A stretch of 64,000 nt of DNA from Phycisphaeraceae bacterium (lineage in GTDB: Bacteria; Planctomycetota; Phycisphaerae; Phycisphaerales; Phycisphaeraceae), in the NCBI GenBank assembly GCA_963674705.1, contig OY771506.1, positions 1,856,001-1,920,000 on the forward strand. The letters run 5' to 3'. Shown in pieces: positions 10,945 through 20,195 of the stretch. The notes under the pieces are model-generated. The model was not told the origin of the DNA. It did no database searches and was given only the letters and a program-made list of their open reading frames with translations. Position 1 is the first letter of the stretch. Each line of letters starts with the position of its first letter. Made by a program: the position numbers and the translations under genes.

Positions 10945-11937
10945 ATGGATCGACGCGAATTCCTCTTATCCCTGCTTGCCGCAAGTGTTTCAACCGAATT
11001 CATCCGCCCATCAGCTGTTCAAGCCTCGGATACCCTTGGCGGTGTACTGCCCCAGAGGATCTTGGGACGAACAGGAGAGTCTGTTACCGCACTAGGACTA
11101 GGCGGTTACCACATTGGTTGGACTACCGAAGAACTGGCCCAGGCAACGATTGAGAAAGCCCTTGAGGAGGGGGTTCGATTCTTCGATACCGCCGAGAGCT
11201 ATGGGCCGGGAACCAGCGAAGAGCGGTATGGCAGGTACCTGACACCGAAGTACCGCGATCTAATATTCTTGATGACCAAAACAACGGCTAAGGATGCAAA
11301 AACAGCGCGAGAACACCTCGAAGGTTCCCTAAGGCGTCTTAAAACCGACCGGCTTGACCTCTGGCAGTTTCACAGCCTCATGTCACCCTCGGATGTGGAT
11401 ACCCGTATCTCCGAGGGTGTGTTGGATGTTGTGAGTCAGGCAAAGCTGGAGGGTAAGGTTCGGCATATTGGCTTCACCGGCCATGCGAGCCCGGCCGCGC
11501 ATCGGCGTATGCTCGAAGTGGCGGGGGATGCGTTCGCTGTGTGTCAGATGCCGATCAACCCGGTCGATGCCGGCGCTGAGAACAGCTTCATCGAATCGGT
11601 TCTCCCCGGGTTGGTCGAACGACAATACGGGATGCTGGCCATGAAGACGCTGGCGGATGGTCGGTTCTTCGCGCAGAAAAAAATGAATGAACGGATGGTA
11701 TGGGAAAGCGATGACCCGGTTATCCCCAACCGACTGTCGGTCGCCGACTGTATTCACTTTGCACTATCTCTACCGATCTCTGTTCTGATTACCGGAGCTG
11801 AGAACCCGTCGTTGCTGGTTGAGAAAGCGAATCTGGTAAGGAAGTTCAAGGAACTGACCGATTCGGACCGCGTTGCTTTGGCCGAAAAAGTGTCCGCCGA
11901 CTCGAAGTCAGACAAGGTTGAGTATTACAAAACCTGA
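10945..11937 (+). CDS. Aldo/keto reductase with twin-arginine-type leader
   Basis: AAGGAG RBS before ATG 10945; MDRREFL leader; motifs LGLGGYH, FFDTAESYG, SEERYG, LEGSLRRLKTDRLDLWQFH, GKVRHIGFTGH. Confidence 0.9.
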   Translation: MDRREFLLSLLAASVSTEFIRPSAVQASDTLGGVLPQRILGRTGESVTALGLGGYHIGWTTEELAQATIEKALEEGVRFFDTAESYGPGTSEERYGRYLTPKYRDLIFLMTKTTAKDAKTAREHLEGSLRRLKTDRLDLWQFHSLMSPSDVDTRISEGVLDVVSQAKLEGKVRHIGFTGHASPAAHRRMLEVAGDAFAVCQMPINPVDAGAENSFIESVLPGLVERQYGMLAMKTLADGRFFAQKKMNERMVWESDDPVIPNRLSVADCIHFALSLPISVLITGAENPSLLVEKANLVRKFKELTDSDRVALAEKVSADSKSDKVEYYKT

Positions 11938-11968
11938 TTCCAGCTCACGCCGCCAAATATGCCGATAC

Positions 11969-12865
11969 CTACGTGTGCTCAATGATCCAGTCGAGCACAT
12001 CGTGTTGCGGCCTGTAGTTCAGAACACCTCTGGCCTTACTGTCGTTAAGCTGCCAGGAATACCAAGATAACGGCTGATCCTCAATCTCCCATCCGAGTTT
12101 GTTCGCCAGCCTCGTCGTCATCGTGTCAGATGAGTAAGCAGAAGGTCCCGCGAAAATGAAGTCATCGCCCCGCGCCACATCCTGTTCTATAGCAAGCATC
12201 ATTCCGTCGATGACATCATCGATGATGATGTCGTGCCGGACCAACGGCTGGTTATCACGGTCAAGTTTCCGCATGACCACCTTCCGAGACCGATCCACCC
12301 AACCTGCAAGATTCCCCGCAACCAGGGACTCGGTCCAGATCAAGGGAAAGCGTGTGATGACGACCGGCACACCATGCTCCAGGTAGTATTGACGGCTGAT
12401 TTCTTCCTCTGCGATCTTGAACAGCCCGTAGTATCCGTCGGCAGCATGCTTGGGATGATGTTCGTTGATCGGGCCCGGATGGTGCGTCTGGGTGTGACCG
12501 AAAACATTGTCAGCGCTACCCACGATAACCCGCTTCAGCGGTTTATCTTTGCAGGCTTCAAGTAGATTTACTGCTCCGCGCAGGCAGCAATTGAACCACT
12601 TCTCACATGGATCAGCCCCGGGCCCTGCTCCGCCACGGACCAAATGACAAACAGCGTCAACACCTTCCACAGCCTTGATCAGTGCGTCCTTGTCCAGGGT
12701 GTTGCCTTGAACAACTTCCAGACCGGCACGGGGTTCGACTGGGCTGTTGAATTGCAGGGCCCGGACCTCATAGCCGTCGTTCAGCAGACGGGGGATCAGT
12801 CGGCTGCCGATATTCCCGTTGGGTCCGATGATCAATACTTTGTCGATGTCAGGATGCTTGGGCAC
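11969..12865 (-). CDS. NAD-dependent epimerase/dehydratase (extended SDR)
   Basis: GPNGNIG Rossmann motif; YGLFK (YxxxK) catalytic motif. Confidence 0.88.
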   Translation of the reverse strand: MPKHPDIDKVLIIGPNGNIGSRLIPRLLNDGYEVRALQFNSPVEPRAGLEVVQGNTLDKDALIKAVEGVDAVCHLVRGGAGPGADPCEKWFNCCLRGAVNLLEACKDKPLKRVIVGSADNVFGHTQTHHPGPINEHHPKHAADGYYGLFKIAEEEISRQYYLEHGVPVVITRFPLIWTESLVAGNLAGWVDRSRKVVMRKLDRDNQPLVRHDIIIDDVIDGMMLAIEQDVARGDDFIFAGPSAYSSDTMTTRLANKLGWEIEDQPLSWYSWQLNDSKARGVLNYRPQHDVLDWIIEHT

Positions 12866-12988
12866 GATCAGGTTCCATAGAAATTGATTCAGGATCTTCG
12901 CTCAGAAGTACTACCTTAGACGGGCATAGAAAAGCCGCAACCTCACCCCCGCAATTTCGCAGTGAAGAGCGTACAGATTCCAATGAAT

Positions 12989-13021
12989 AAGCCCTCCGCA
13001 ACCTGTTGGTTGGGAGGGCTT
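12989..13021 (-). terminator. Hairpin terminator, probably the original tRNA-Gly terminator displaced by island integration
   Basis: AAGCCCTCC(G)CAACC-TGTT-GGTTGGGAGGGCTT stem immediately 3' (minus strand) of the duplicated tRNA 3' half. Confidence 0.65.
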
Positions 13022-13025
13022 TACA

Positions 13026-13071
13026 AAAGCGGGTGATGAGATTTGAACTCACGACATTCACGTTGGCAACG
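13026..13071. repeat. att direct repeat (displaced 3' half of tRNA-Gly), distal island boundary
   Basis: AAAGCGGGTGATGAGATTTGAACTCACGACATTCACGTTGGCAACG, identical to 28318-28363. Confidence 0.95.
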
Positions 13072-13314
13072 CCTTTCGCTTCCCTAGCTTCCGCGACGTA
13101 ATTCATTTACTAACAACATAATACCGTGCGTTACCCGGTGCAACATCCGTTGCATATCCAACAATTGTTGCGCGCCCGTAACGCGCCGTTCCGATCCTGG
13201 GGGCTATCCGGGATATCTCCGCGCATATCAGTTAACGAGCACTATTGAGCACTAACGAGCGAATTCTGAATCCGCCATCTAGGAACAGAGATCGTGTTCG
13301 GGCATGATGCATGA

Positions 13315-13623
13315 ATGACCGAGCCCGACACAAATACCGACCAGCTTCTGTCACTGGCTGAGGCAGCACAGCTATGTCCGGGGACACCTTCCAGAACAAC
13401 ACTCTGGCGTTGGTGCACACGTGGCGTGCAAGACGGAAGGGTGATCCTTGAACATAGACGGTTCGCCGGGCGATTATTTACCTCTCAACGATGGCTCGAT
13501 GAGTTCGGTAAAGAATCCGCAAATCTGTATATCGAGAATACATCGCATCGAAGTCAACAGATATCACAGCACAAAGAACGGTCAGAGCGAGCAAGTGAAG
13601 AAGCTATCAGATTATGTATTTGA
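13315..13623 (+). CDS. DUF1580-like excisionase/AlpA-type HTH protein
   Basis: LLSLAEAAQLCPGTPSRTTLWRWCTRGV...LEHRRFAGRLFTS matches the pattern of planctomycete island DUF1580 winged-HTH proteins; first gene inside the att site. Confidence 0.8.
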   Translation: MTEPDTNTDQLLSLAEAAQLCPGTPSRTTLWRWCTRGVQDGRVILEHRRFAGRLFTSQRWLDEFGKESANLYIENTSHRSQQISQHKERSERASEEAIRLCI

Positions 13624-13716
13624 TCGCAGTTGGTCCAATAATTGACAGTGGATCTGAACAATCAAATTCTTTGAATAAAATATAGATTGAAATGCCGCCC
13701 ATTGAAAGGAGATTGT

Positions 13717-13986
13717 ATGCACAATATGTACAAGAACGTTTATGAAATGGACACTCAGTATGCTCTTGAGTGCGTAGAATCCATATATCTAGCAATGTTA
13801 TTCAGAGTATCAATCAAAGGGATTGATCTGTGGTGTGGCCGCTATCGAATGCCATACGACATTGTTGATGGGAAGCGGATCCACAATATGGACGAAATTA
13901 AGTACTGGGCTTATGACAGGGGGAACTTACTGAGAGCAGCGTTGGGTACCCCACCAGGCGAGTTCTTCGCTTTTAATGACGACTAA
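13717..13986 (+). CDS. Hypothetical island protein
   Basis: AGGAGA RBS before ATG 13717; lies between the HTH gene and the primase. Confidence 0.5.
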   Translation: MHNMYKNVYEMDTQYALECVESIYLAMLFRVSIKGIDLWCGRYRMPYDIVDGKRIHNMDEIKYWAYDRGNLLRAALGTPPGEFFAFNDD

Positions 13987-14007
13987 TATCCAACCCGATT
14001 GAAACCA

Positions 14008-16029
14008 ATGAGTAGATTTCATAGATGGCCTGATCTTCCAGCCAAATTGGCCGAATTATTGAGTGCGCTTGATAATGTCACACCGTTCGGTGGCAACCGA
14101 TGGATGGCTAGTTCGCCGTTGCGTAGTGATTCTACGCCTAGCCTATCGATCAGCTTGTCTGAAGATGGTGACAGGATCTTACTTCATGACTTCGGTGCCG
14201 CATCTTCGAATGCCACCGAAGAGATTCTTGAATACCTAGGCATGAAGTTTGATGACCTCTTTATCAGATCGGACAAATCCGTGCGTCGTCATACAACTCC
14301 GCCAACCTCATATGACTCGAGCAGATCAATGTTGCCCAAAGCGGTACTGAAATACTACTTGGACTCGGTAAAATCGGGCCGACGGGGGAAACGCCATCTC
14401 TTTGCTTCGACGCTTGGCCTACCGGCAAAAGCCATTGGCACGTTTGAGTGGGGTTTCGATTCATACAGAAAGGCATTCACAATTCCCGAGCGCGATCACA
14501 CGGGCCAGATAATAGGTGTGCAGCGTCGCCTAATACAGGGTAGGAAGAAAGCAGTTAAAGGGTCAAAGCGAGGCTTAACTGGGCTTGAGACCTTAAGGTC
14601 TGACCGAAGTGGACGTCTACATGTTTGCGAAGGCTTCAGTGACGTAGTGGCTCTGTATTCTCTCGGATTCATGAATGTACTCGGAGTACCCAGTGCCGGG
14701 GTGGGGGGTGAATTGATTAGGTCAGTTATCCTTGATGGCCAATACTCAGATATCGTAATTGTGTCTGACCCTAAGCCGCAGGAGCGTGAGGCTGCACATA
14801 AACTTGGTAAATCAATATCTGATTTGATTCAATACAGAGTGATCATGCCTCCGGGTGGGGTGGACATGCGGGATTGGATTAACCAGAATAAGATCACCGC
14901 TAAAGATGTTGACTGTCTGATCAACAATACCCCATGCGCCATCTCGCGATTTCGCCTGTGGAGTTTGGAAGATGTCGAGCGCTTGCCTCCCAGGGAGCAT
15001 CTAGTCGAAGGGATTCTTGGTGTAGGGGAGTTTGGTGTTCTGTACGGCCCGCCCAAGTCCGGGAAGTCGCTCGTCGCTTTGGATATGTGTATGGCTGTAC
15101 AAGCGGGCCTGCCTTGGCGCTCCGGGCAGAAACGTGTCCGGCAAGGTCATGTGATTTATGTGGCCGCCGAGGGTAAAGCGGGCTATAAAGATAGAGTAAA
15201 AGTGTGTCGTCGTCGTTATAACCGTACACGAAGTCGATCTAAATCCGGGGTGGGTGACATTCGGTTCATCTTCGATCAGCCCGTCCTCAGCGGTGGAGAT
15301 GCAGTTGCCCTCGTGAACGCCATTAAGAATCAACGTTGCAATCCTGATTTGGTAGTAATAGACACACTGGCCCGTACAAATGGTGGTGACGAAAATAGTG
15401 CAGCCGACATGAGCGCGTACATTCGCGGCCTTGATGACCTGCGTAGAGAATTGAATTGTGCCGTACTAGTCCTACACCACCAACCACGCCACGATAATCG
15501 GATGCGAGGTTCGGTTGCTCTAGACGGGGCTTGTGATGTTGCCATAAGAACGACACGATCAGGTGATGTAATCACGCTTGAGTGTGAGTTCGCTAAAGAT
15601 GATCCACCATTCGACGCAATATACCTTCGTATGAAGCAAGTACCAGTCGATAAGGATCATTCCTCTATTCGAATTATCCGTGCGGGGCCACTAGAGGTTG
15701 TTGTAGCTAAAGATAAGAGAAATACCAAGGCTAATGCTTCTGTCACTAGGATAATGGAAGCCCTTTATCAACTATCATCAAAATGTAAGGACAGGTGGGT
15801 ACGTAGGGCGGCATGGTTGGACGCGATTGGCATGAACCAACACACATTCAACAACCATCTCAAGACTCTCCGTATTAGGGGGGAGATCATCGAACGTAGA
15901 GTTGGAAAGTACAAAGAATATCAACCAGTCCCAATCAATAACCAACAGATGTCAACAGTTGTGGCCGATGGTGATGTACAACTGTCAACTGTCACACCCC
16001 CTTTAGGGGGTGACAGTGGTAACAGTTGA
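14008..16029 (+). CDS. Primase-helicase fusion (degenerate CHC2-like N-domain, TOPRIM, AAA_25/RepA-type helicase)
   Basis: SPLRSDSTPSLSI...LLHDFG N-domain; VCEGFSD and IVSD TOPRIM motifs; Walker A GPPKSGKS; YVAAEG; Walker B VVIDT; LVLHH...MRGS. Confidence 0.88.
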   Translation: MSRFHRWPDLPAKLAELLSALDNVTPFGGNRWMASSPLRSDSTPSLSISLSEDGDRILLHDFGAASSNATEEILEYLGMKFDDLFIRSDKSVRRHTTPPTSYDSSRSMLPKAVLKYYLDSVKSGRRGKRHLFASTLGLPAKAIGTFEWGFDSYRKAFTIPERDHTGQIIGVQRRLIQGRKKAVKGSKRGLTGLETLRSDRSGRLHVCEGFSDVVALYSLGFMNVLGVPSAGVGGELIRSVILDGQYSDIVIVSDPKPQEREAAHKLGKSISDLIQYRVIMPPGGVDMRDWINQNKITAKDVDCLINNTPCAISRFRLWSLEDVERLPPREHLVEGILGVGEFGVLYGPPKSGKSLVALDMCMAVQAGLPWRSGQKRVRQGHVIYVAAEGKAGYKDRVKVCRRRYNRTRSRSKSGVGDIRFIFDQPVLSGGDAVALVNAIKNQRCNPDLVVIDTLARTNGGDENSAADMSAYIRGLDDLRRELNCAVLVLHHQPRHDNRMRGSVALDGACDVAIRTTRSGDVITLECEFAKDDPPFDAIYLRMKQVPVDKDHSSIRIIRAGPLEVVVAKDKRNTKANASVTRIMEALYQLSSKCKDRWVRRAAWLDAIGMNQHTFNNHLKTLRIRGEIIERRVGKYKEYQPVPINNQQMSTVVADGDVQLSTVTPPLGGDSGNS

Positions 16030-16123
16030 TATGGACATGAATGTTTGAACGAATCCAAATAATGACCTCAAGGGCTGACACCATTATCCGCGGATGCGAT
16101 GATACACAAAAACGAGGTGTATC

Positions 16124-16630
16124 ATGCCGAAACGAAACAGGAAATACAAGACCGATTCAAGCGGTTCTACCGGTGGGGCCAATAGACGGTCTAATGGGAC
16201 ATTCGGTCCGGGTAACAAAGCAAATCCCATGGGCAATCCGCAAATACGTCGGTTAGCTGAATATCAGGATGCGGTTCGCAATGCGGTATCTCCGAAGCGT
16301 TTGCACACAATACTAGTTCGGCTTACAAAGCTGGCCGAGGAAGGCGATGTGTTAGCGGCTAAGGTATTACTCGATCGTACACTTGGAAAGGTCAAGGCTG
16401 TTCCTGATATCGAAGCATTGGGCGCGGTAGAGATTCCAATGATCGAATGTGCTGCAGACGCCGTAAATGCCAGCAACGCCATCTTGACATCACTTAACGC
16501 CGGGAAGATATCAGCCGACGATGCCAATAGACTTTCAAATATTGTGGAGTTGGCGCGGCGCACCATCGAAACACATTCATTGGCTGAGCGTGTTGTTGCG
16601 CTCGAAAACGAACTGCTTTCGGGAGGGTAA
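16124..16630 (+). CDS. DUF5681-like protein (terminase small subunit-like)
   Basis: GTFGPGNKANPMGNP motif; LAEEGDVLAAKVLLDRTLGK; C-terminal helical GKISADDA...LAERVVALE; GAGG RBS. Confidence 0.7.
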   Translation: MPKRNRKYKTDSSGSTGGANRRSNGTFGPGNKANPMGNPQIRRLAEYQDAVRNAVSPKRLHTILVRLTKLAEEGDVLAAKVLLDRTLGKVKAVPDIEALGAVEIPMIECAADAVNASNAILTSLNAGKISADDANRLSNIVELARRTIETHSLAERVVALENELLSGG

Positions 16631-16734
16631 CTCAATGCCTGGATTCAGCAAGCTTAAAGGTGATCCGTGATCATGCAATGCCAAAATAGTACCCTAACTA
16701 GGCCGCGAGCAACATCTAATTATGGGGCACGATT

Positions 16735-16941
16735 ATGAGATCTTTACGCCGGCGTATTAGAGTTTTGGAGAGTAGAGGTTGGCATGGTGAAGCCTTAGTA
16801 AATGCCTATCGTGACTACCGTTTAAAAGGTGTTCTTCCATCTAACCCAAACCTTGCGAAGCACATTCGTGATATCGCGGATCGTATAGATGCAATCGTGA
16901 TTGTGAATGGTGAAGATATTTTTTGCGAACTTGACAAATAG
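16735..16941 (+). CDS. Small hypothetical protein
   Basis: MRSLRRRIRVLE start, co-oriented and downstream of the DUF5681-like gene. Confidence 0.5.
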   Translation: MRSLRRRIRVLESRGWHGEALVNAYRDYRLKGVLPSNPNLAKHIRDIADRIDAIVIVNGEDIFCELDK

Positions 16942-17020
16942 ATCCTTGCGCTTGGGGAAGGGTTGGCTTACATTGCTACACGTACCCAACCCAAACGCCC
17001 TAAGGGCAAGGAGACGCGAA

Positions 17021-17254
17021 ATGGCGATTGCAAAACGAAAAGGCGTGAAAGTAACAATTGAGAAAGGGTCGAATCTTAAAAAATCACTCCCGAAGAACGC
17101 TGACCTAACAGATGAGCAACGCAAGAAAATAATCGATGGGTTGATTGACGAGTTGCGTTCGGCACAGTTCCCCGGCAAGAAGAAACAACTCCGACGCTCA
17201 CTACGTGCCTTAGGACACAAGGGTGGCCTCAAGGCTCTCGAATCCAAAAAATAA
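17021..17254 (+). CDS. Small very basic protein (77 aa)
   Basis: AAGGAGA RBS before ATG 17021; Lys/Arg-rich; followed by a terminator. Confidence 0.6.
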   Translation: MAIAKRKGVKVTIEKGSNLKKSLPKNADLTDEQRKKIIDGLIDELRSAQFPGKKKQLRRSLRALGHKGGLKALESKK

Positions 17255-17284
17255 ACATCTCGAATATAGTGTGAATCATTTCAG

Positions 17285-17313
17285 TGTCCCCGCATGTCGT
17301 CGGGGACATTTTT
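17285..17313 (+). terminator. Rho-independent terminator closing the island replication operon
   Basis: TGTCCCCG-catgtcgt-CGGGGACA followed by a T-run. Confidence 0.7.
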
Positions 17314-17854
17314 AAGCGTTCTGAGGCGCCCTGAAGCGTCCCTAAGCGTCCAATTAATACAGATCGATTGATACGTCACGTTCATCACCCGGGACGTTAC
17401 GGGCGATTTCACGCGTCCGGACGATATCACATATCCCAATAGTCTTGTTTACATGATCAGGCCCATCAAGGATGCCATATAGTCCCGCTTAGTGACATAA
17501 GCAGGACAGTATGCATTTAGGGTGCAAACCCTGAGCCATAGCCTGTCTAGTTGCTGGTCTAATGCCAACATGGCATGACCCCCCCCGCCCCCCGCCATTT
17601 TGGCGCAACCAACTTGGCCCCAGTCACAATAGCTAGGAGCTAGTCATCGAGCTGGCTGAAATGAGTTTTGGTTAAGTAACTCGAGTGCCAACGTACTAAT
17701 CTTTTTCGAGATATGTTCTCTTGCGATGCTTCTCGGCTTCGACTATAGCTGCAAAGTCTTCATTAGGATTGTGACCCCATCTCATCGTGAGATAATGATA
17801 CTGTCTGGTTCTTCCGGAATAGTCCTGATCTGAGGCAACAGGTTCGAGCACAAG

Positions 17855-18814
17855 CTATGGTTCGATATCCTCATAAGGCCACTCTGGCATAGGCCAGTTC
17901 ATTTCTTCGGCCTCTTTTCGTATTGCCTCGATGGTTTCATCGGAGAGACCGTAGCTGTCCCGCACAGAGTTTTCTCCACGCTGACGCATTTGGTCACCCT
18001 TTTCGAAGATTACATCCAATGCTCGACCATGTTCATCTTCCGACATGGTCCGTTTTTTCTCACCCAGCTTTACCATCTCCCCGTGTTCCCATTTTGCACC
18101 CGCATACCCAACAAGTGCTAACTTTCGCCATATTGTGCGCCGCTGTTCATATGTCAGTCCGAAACGCTTCGTTTGCTTCTCGTTCACACGGCGATTATGG
18201 GCAGCGAGCCGTTTGTCGTAGATATTGATTATGGGACCGGGATTTCCCGGTCGTTTGGTCATGTCGGCAAACCATTCTGGTATTGCGGATTTCTGATGTT
18301 CGGCCGTTGAGAATAGACATACCGCTATAACCGTCGGTTCACTGTGGTATTTGAACTTGCGATATGTCCTAGCATTTTCATATGCCTTTTCCAACACCAA
18401 CCGAGCTTGATCCTCGGTCATCGGGTCATCCGATTGAATGTCCATCAAAACCATTGTCTTGCCATAATCTTCGGTGATTGTGGTGTCGAGTATTTGATAT
18501 GCCGGCAACGGCATAGATTCGCTCGTAGTTACTGGGGCTCTTGGCGGTTCTGTTGGGCTAGTCTGTTTTGTTTGAGGTTTTGTAGTACTGCGGGATGGGG
18601 CTGAGGTTCTAGTATTCGTTTCCAACTGAACAATATTGGCCCACACGTATACAACAACGACTAGTAGAATCAAAAGAACAACTGCGCTAGAACACGAACT
18701 TGTTCTCGTAGGTGGACATGGTTTCTTGCCATCGCAATTGGGACAACGGCGTGCATTGGGTGCAACAAGATTGCCACAGTACCGGCATGGTTTCGCTTTA
18801 ATCGATTTCGCCAT
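17855..18814 (-). CDS. Zinc-ribbon, single-TM membrane protein with Pro/Thr linker and C-terminal soluble domain
   Basis: GGAGG RBS before ATG 18814; CRYC...CPNC; hydrophobic AVVLLILLVVVVYVWA segment. Confidence 0.75.
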   Translation of the reverse strand: MAKSIKAKPCRYCGNLVAPNARRCPNCDGKKPCPPTRTSSCSSAVVLLILLVVVVYVWANIVQLETNTRTSAPSRSTTKPQTKQTSPTEPPRAPVTTSESMPLPAYQILDTTITEDYGKTMVLMDIQSDDPMTEDQARLVLEKAYENARTYRKFKYHSEPTVIAVCLFSTAEHQKSAIPEWFADMTKRPGNPGPIINIYDKRLAAHNRRVNEKQTKRFGLTYEQRRTIWRKLALVGYAGAKWEHGEMVKLGEKKRTMSEDEHGRALDVIFEKGDQMRQRGENSVRDSYGLSDETIEAIRKEAEEMNWPMPEWPYEDIEP

Positions 18815-18849
18815 ATGAACCTCCCAGAGATAGGGCGTTAAGATCAGGC

Positions 18850-19014
18850 GGCGTCCACAAAGAAAAGGGGGACGCCGATCCACAGTCGCCCGCAGGGCCT
18901 CCGCCAAGAGGCACACGAAACAACACATGGCCGACGCCCCCTTGCGGGGGCGCGGTGCCAGTGCTGCTTTCGTGAATCAAGGGCCTGGGGGCCCAGGTTG
19001 GCGGATTCCTGCGG
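18850..19014 (-). ncRNA. Candidate structured RNA/leader of unknown family
   Basis: Nested stems: 18890-18907 with 18998-19014, and 18914-18926 with 18961-18974. CGCCCCC-GCAA-GGGGGCG GNRA hairpin on the minus strand. CCTGGG/CCCAGG and GGCGTCC/GGACGCC hairpins. Confidence 0.5.
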
Positions 19015-19231
19015 TGCAGACTGATACTCGCGCATCAACTCGGTTGTCTACGGGGTTAATGACCCCGCCATAGTTCGAACTATCTCCCCTCATGATCGTC
19101 CATACTAGCCTCATGTCAATCTGATCTTCGATATAGACAATAACCGACATTATATAGCAACTACATGCCAATATTGACTTTACGTACTCGGCTAGGTTTG
19201 GTAACTTGTCTTTAGTCTATGGGGATAGCAG

Positions 19232-20188
19232 ATGAGCAGTCGTATTCGAGCAATAGATTTATTCAGCGGCGCTGGTGGTAGCAGTTGGGGGGCACGATCA
19301 GCAGGCGTCGAAATATGTGCTTCGTTTGACCTGTGGGAATTGGCTGGCAAAGTGCATCAAGACAATTTTCCTGAGTCAAAGTTCTTTAATGAACGACTGG
19401 AAACAATCAGCGATTGGCGTATCCGACAACTGGGGCACATTGATCTAATCTTAGCTTCTCCCGAATGTACCAATCACAGCCCGGCTAAGGGCAACAAGCC
19501 GCGATGCGAAAAGAGCCGTGAAACGGCTTTCCAAGTCCTGAGATATGCACGCATATTGAAACCTCGTTGGATAGTCATAGAAAACGTTGTAAGTATGCGA
19601 AACTGGCATCGTTATAACGACCTTATCTCTGGCTTGGAGGATCTTGGTTATTACGTAAATGCTCAGGTACTGAATTCTGCCGATTTTGGCGTACCGCAAC
19701 GCAGGCGTCGTTTATTCCTGCTCTGCGATCGTGAATCACCATCCCCTACACTTGAACCACGTGTCCGAAATGAACGATCAGCCAAGCAAATCATAGACAT
19801 GAATGGCGGATACAATTATACTTCGCTTCATTCGCCCAAACGGGCCCGGGCAACATTGCAGCGTGCAGAACGTGCTTTTGAGTCTATCGGCAAGAAACAG
19901 CCATTTCTGATTGTGTATTATGGCTCAGATCATGCCGGGGGCTGGCAGGAATTAAGTCAGCCACTTCGTACCATCACTACGCTTGATCGTTTTGCATTTG
20001 TACGGCCACGCGGGCATGGACATGAGATGAGAATGTTGCAGGTTCCAGAGTTGAAGGCTGCAATGGGAATGTCAAAATCCCACACACTCAACCATGGTTC
20101 TCGTCGAGACCAAATCAAGATGATTGGTAATGCTGTTTGCCCGCCAGTTATGCGGAGAGCAGTCACATCGTTGATTAACAACAGATGA
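19232..20188 (+). CDS. DNA (cytosine-5)-methyltransferase
   Basis: Motif I DLFSGAGG, IV SPEC, VI ENV, VIII PQRRRRLF, X IGNAVCP. Confidence 0.93.
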   Translation: MSSRIRAIDLFSGAGGSSWGARSAGVEICASFDLWELAGKVHQDNFPESKFFNERLETISDWRIRQLGHIDLILASPECTNHSPAKGNKPRCEKSRETAFQVLRYARILKPRWIVIENVVSMRNWHRYNDLISGLEDLGYYVNAQVLNSADFGVPQRRRRLFLLCDRESPSPTLEPRVRNERSAKQIIDMNGGYNYTSLHSPKRARATLQRAERAFESIGKKQPFLIVYYGSDHAGGWQELSQPLRTITTLDRFAFVRPRGHGHEMRMLQVPELKAAMGMSKSHTLNHGSRRDQIKMIGNAVCPPVMRRAVTSLINNR

Positions 20189-20195
20189 GCTATCC

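Noticed and set aside
13026..13071. Second tRNA-Gly gene
   Set aside because: Only the 3' half is present; the 5' acceptor strand and D-arm are missing. It is the att duplication.
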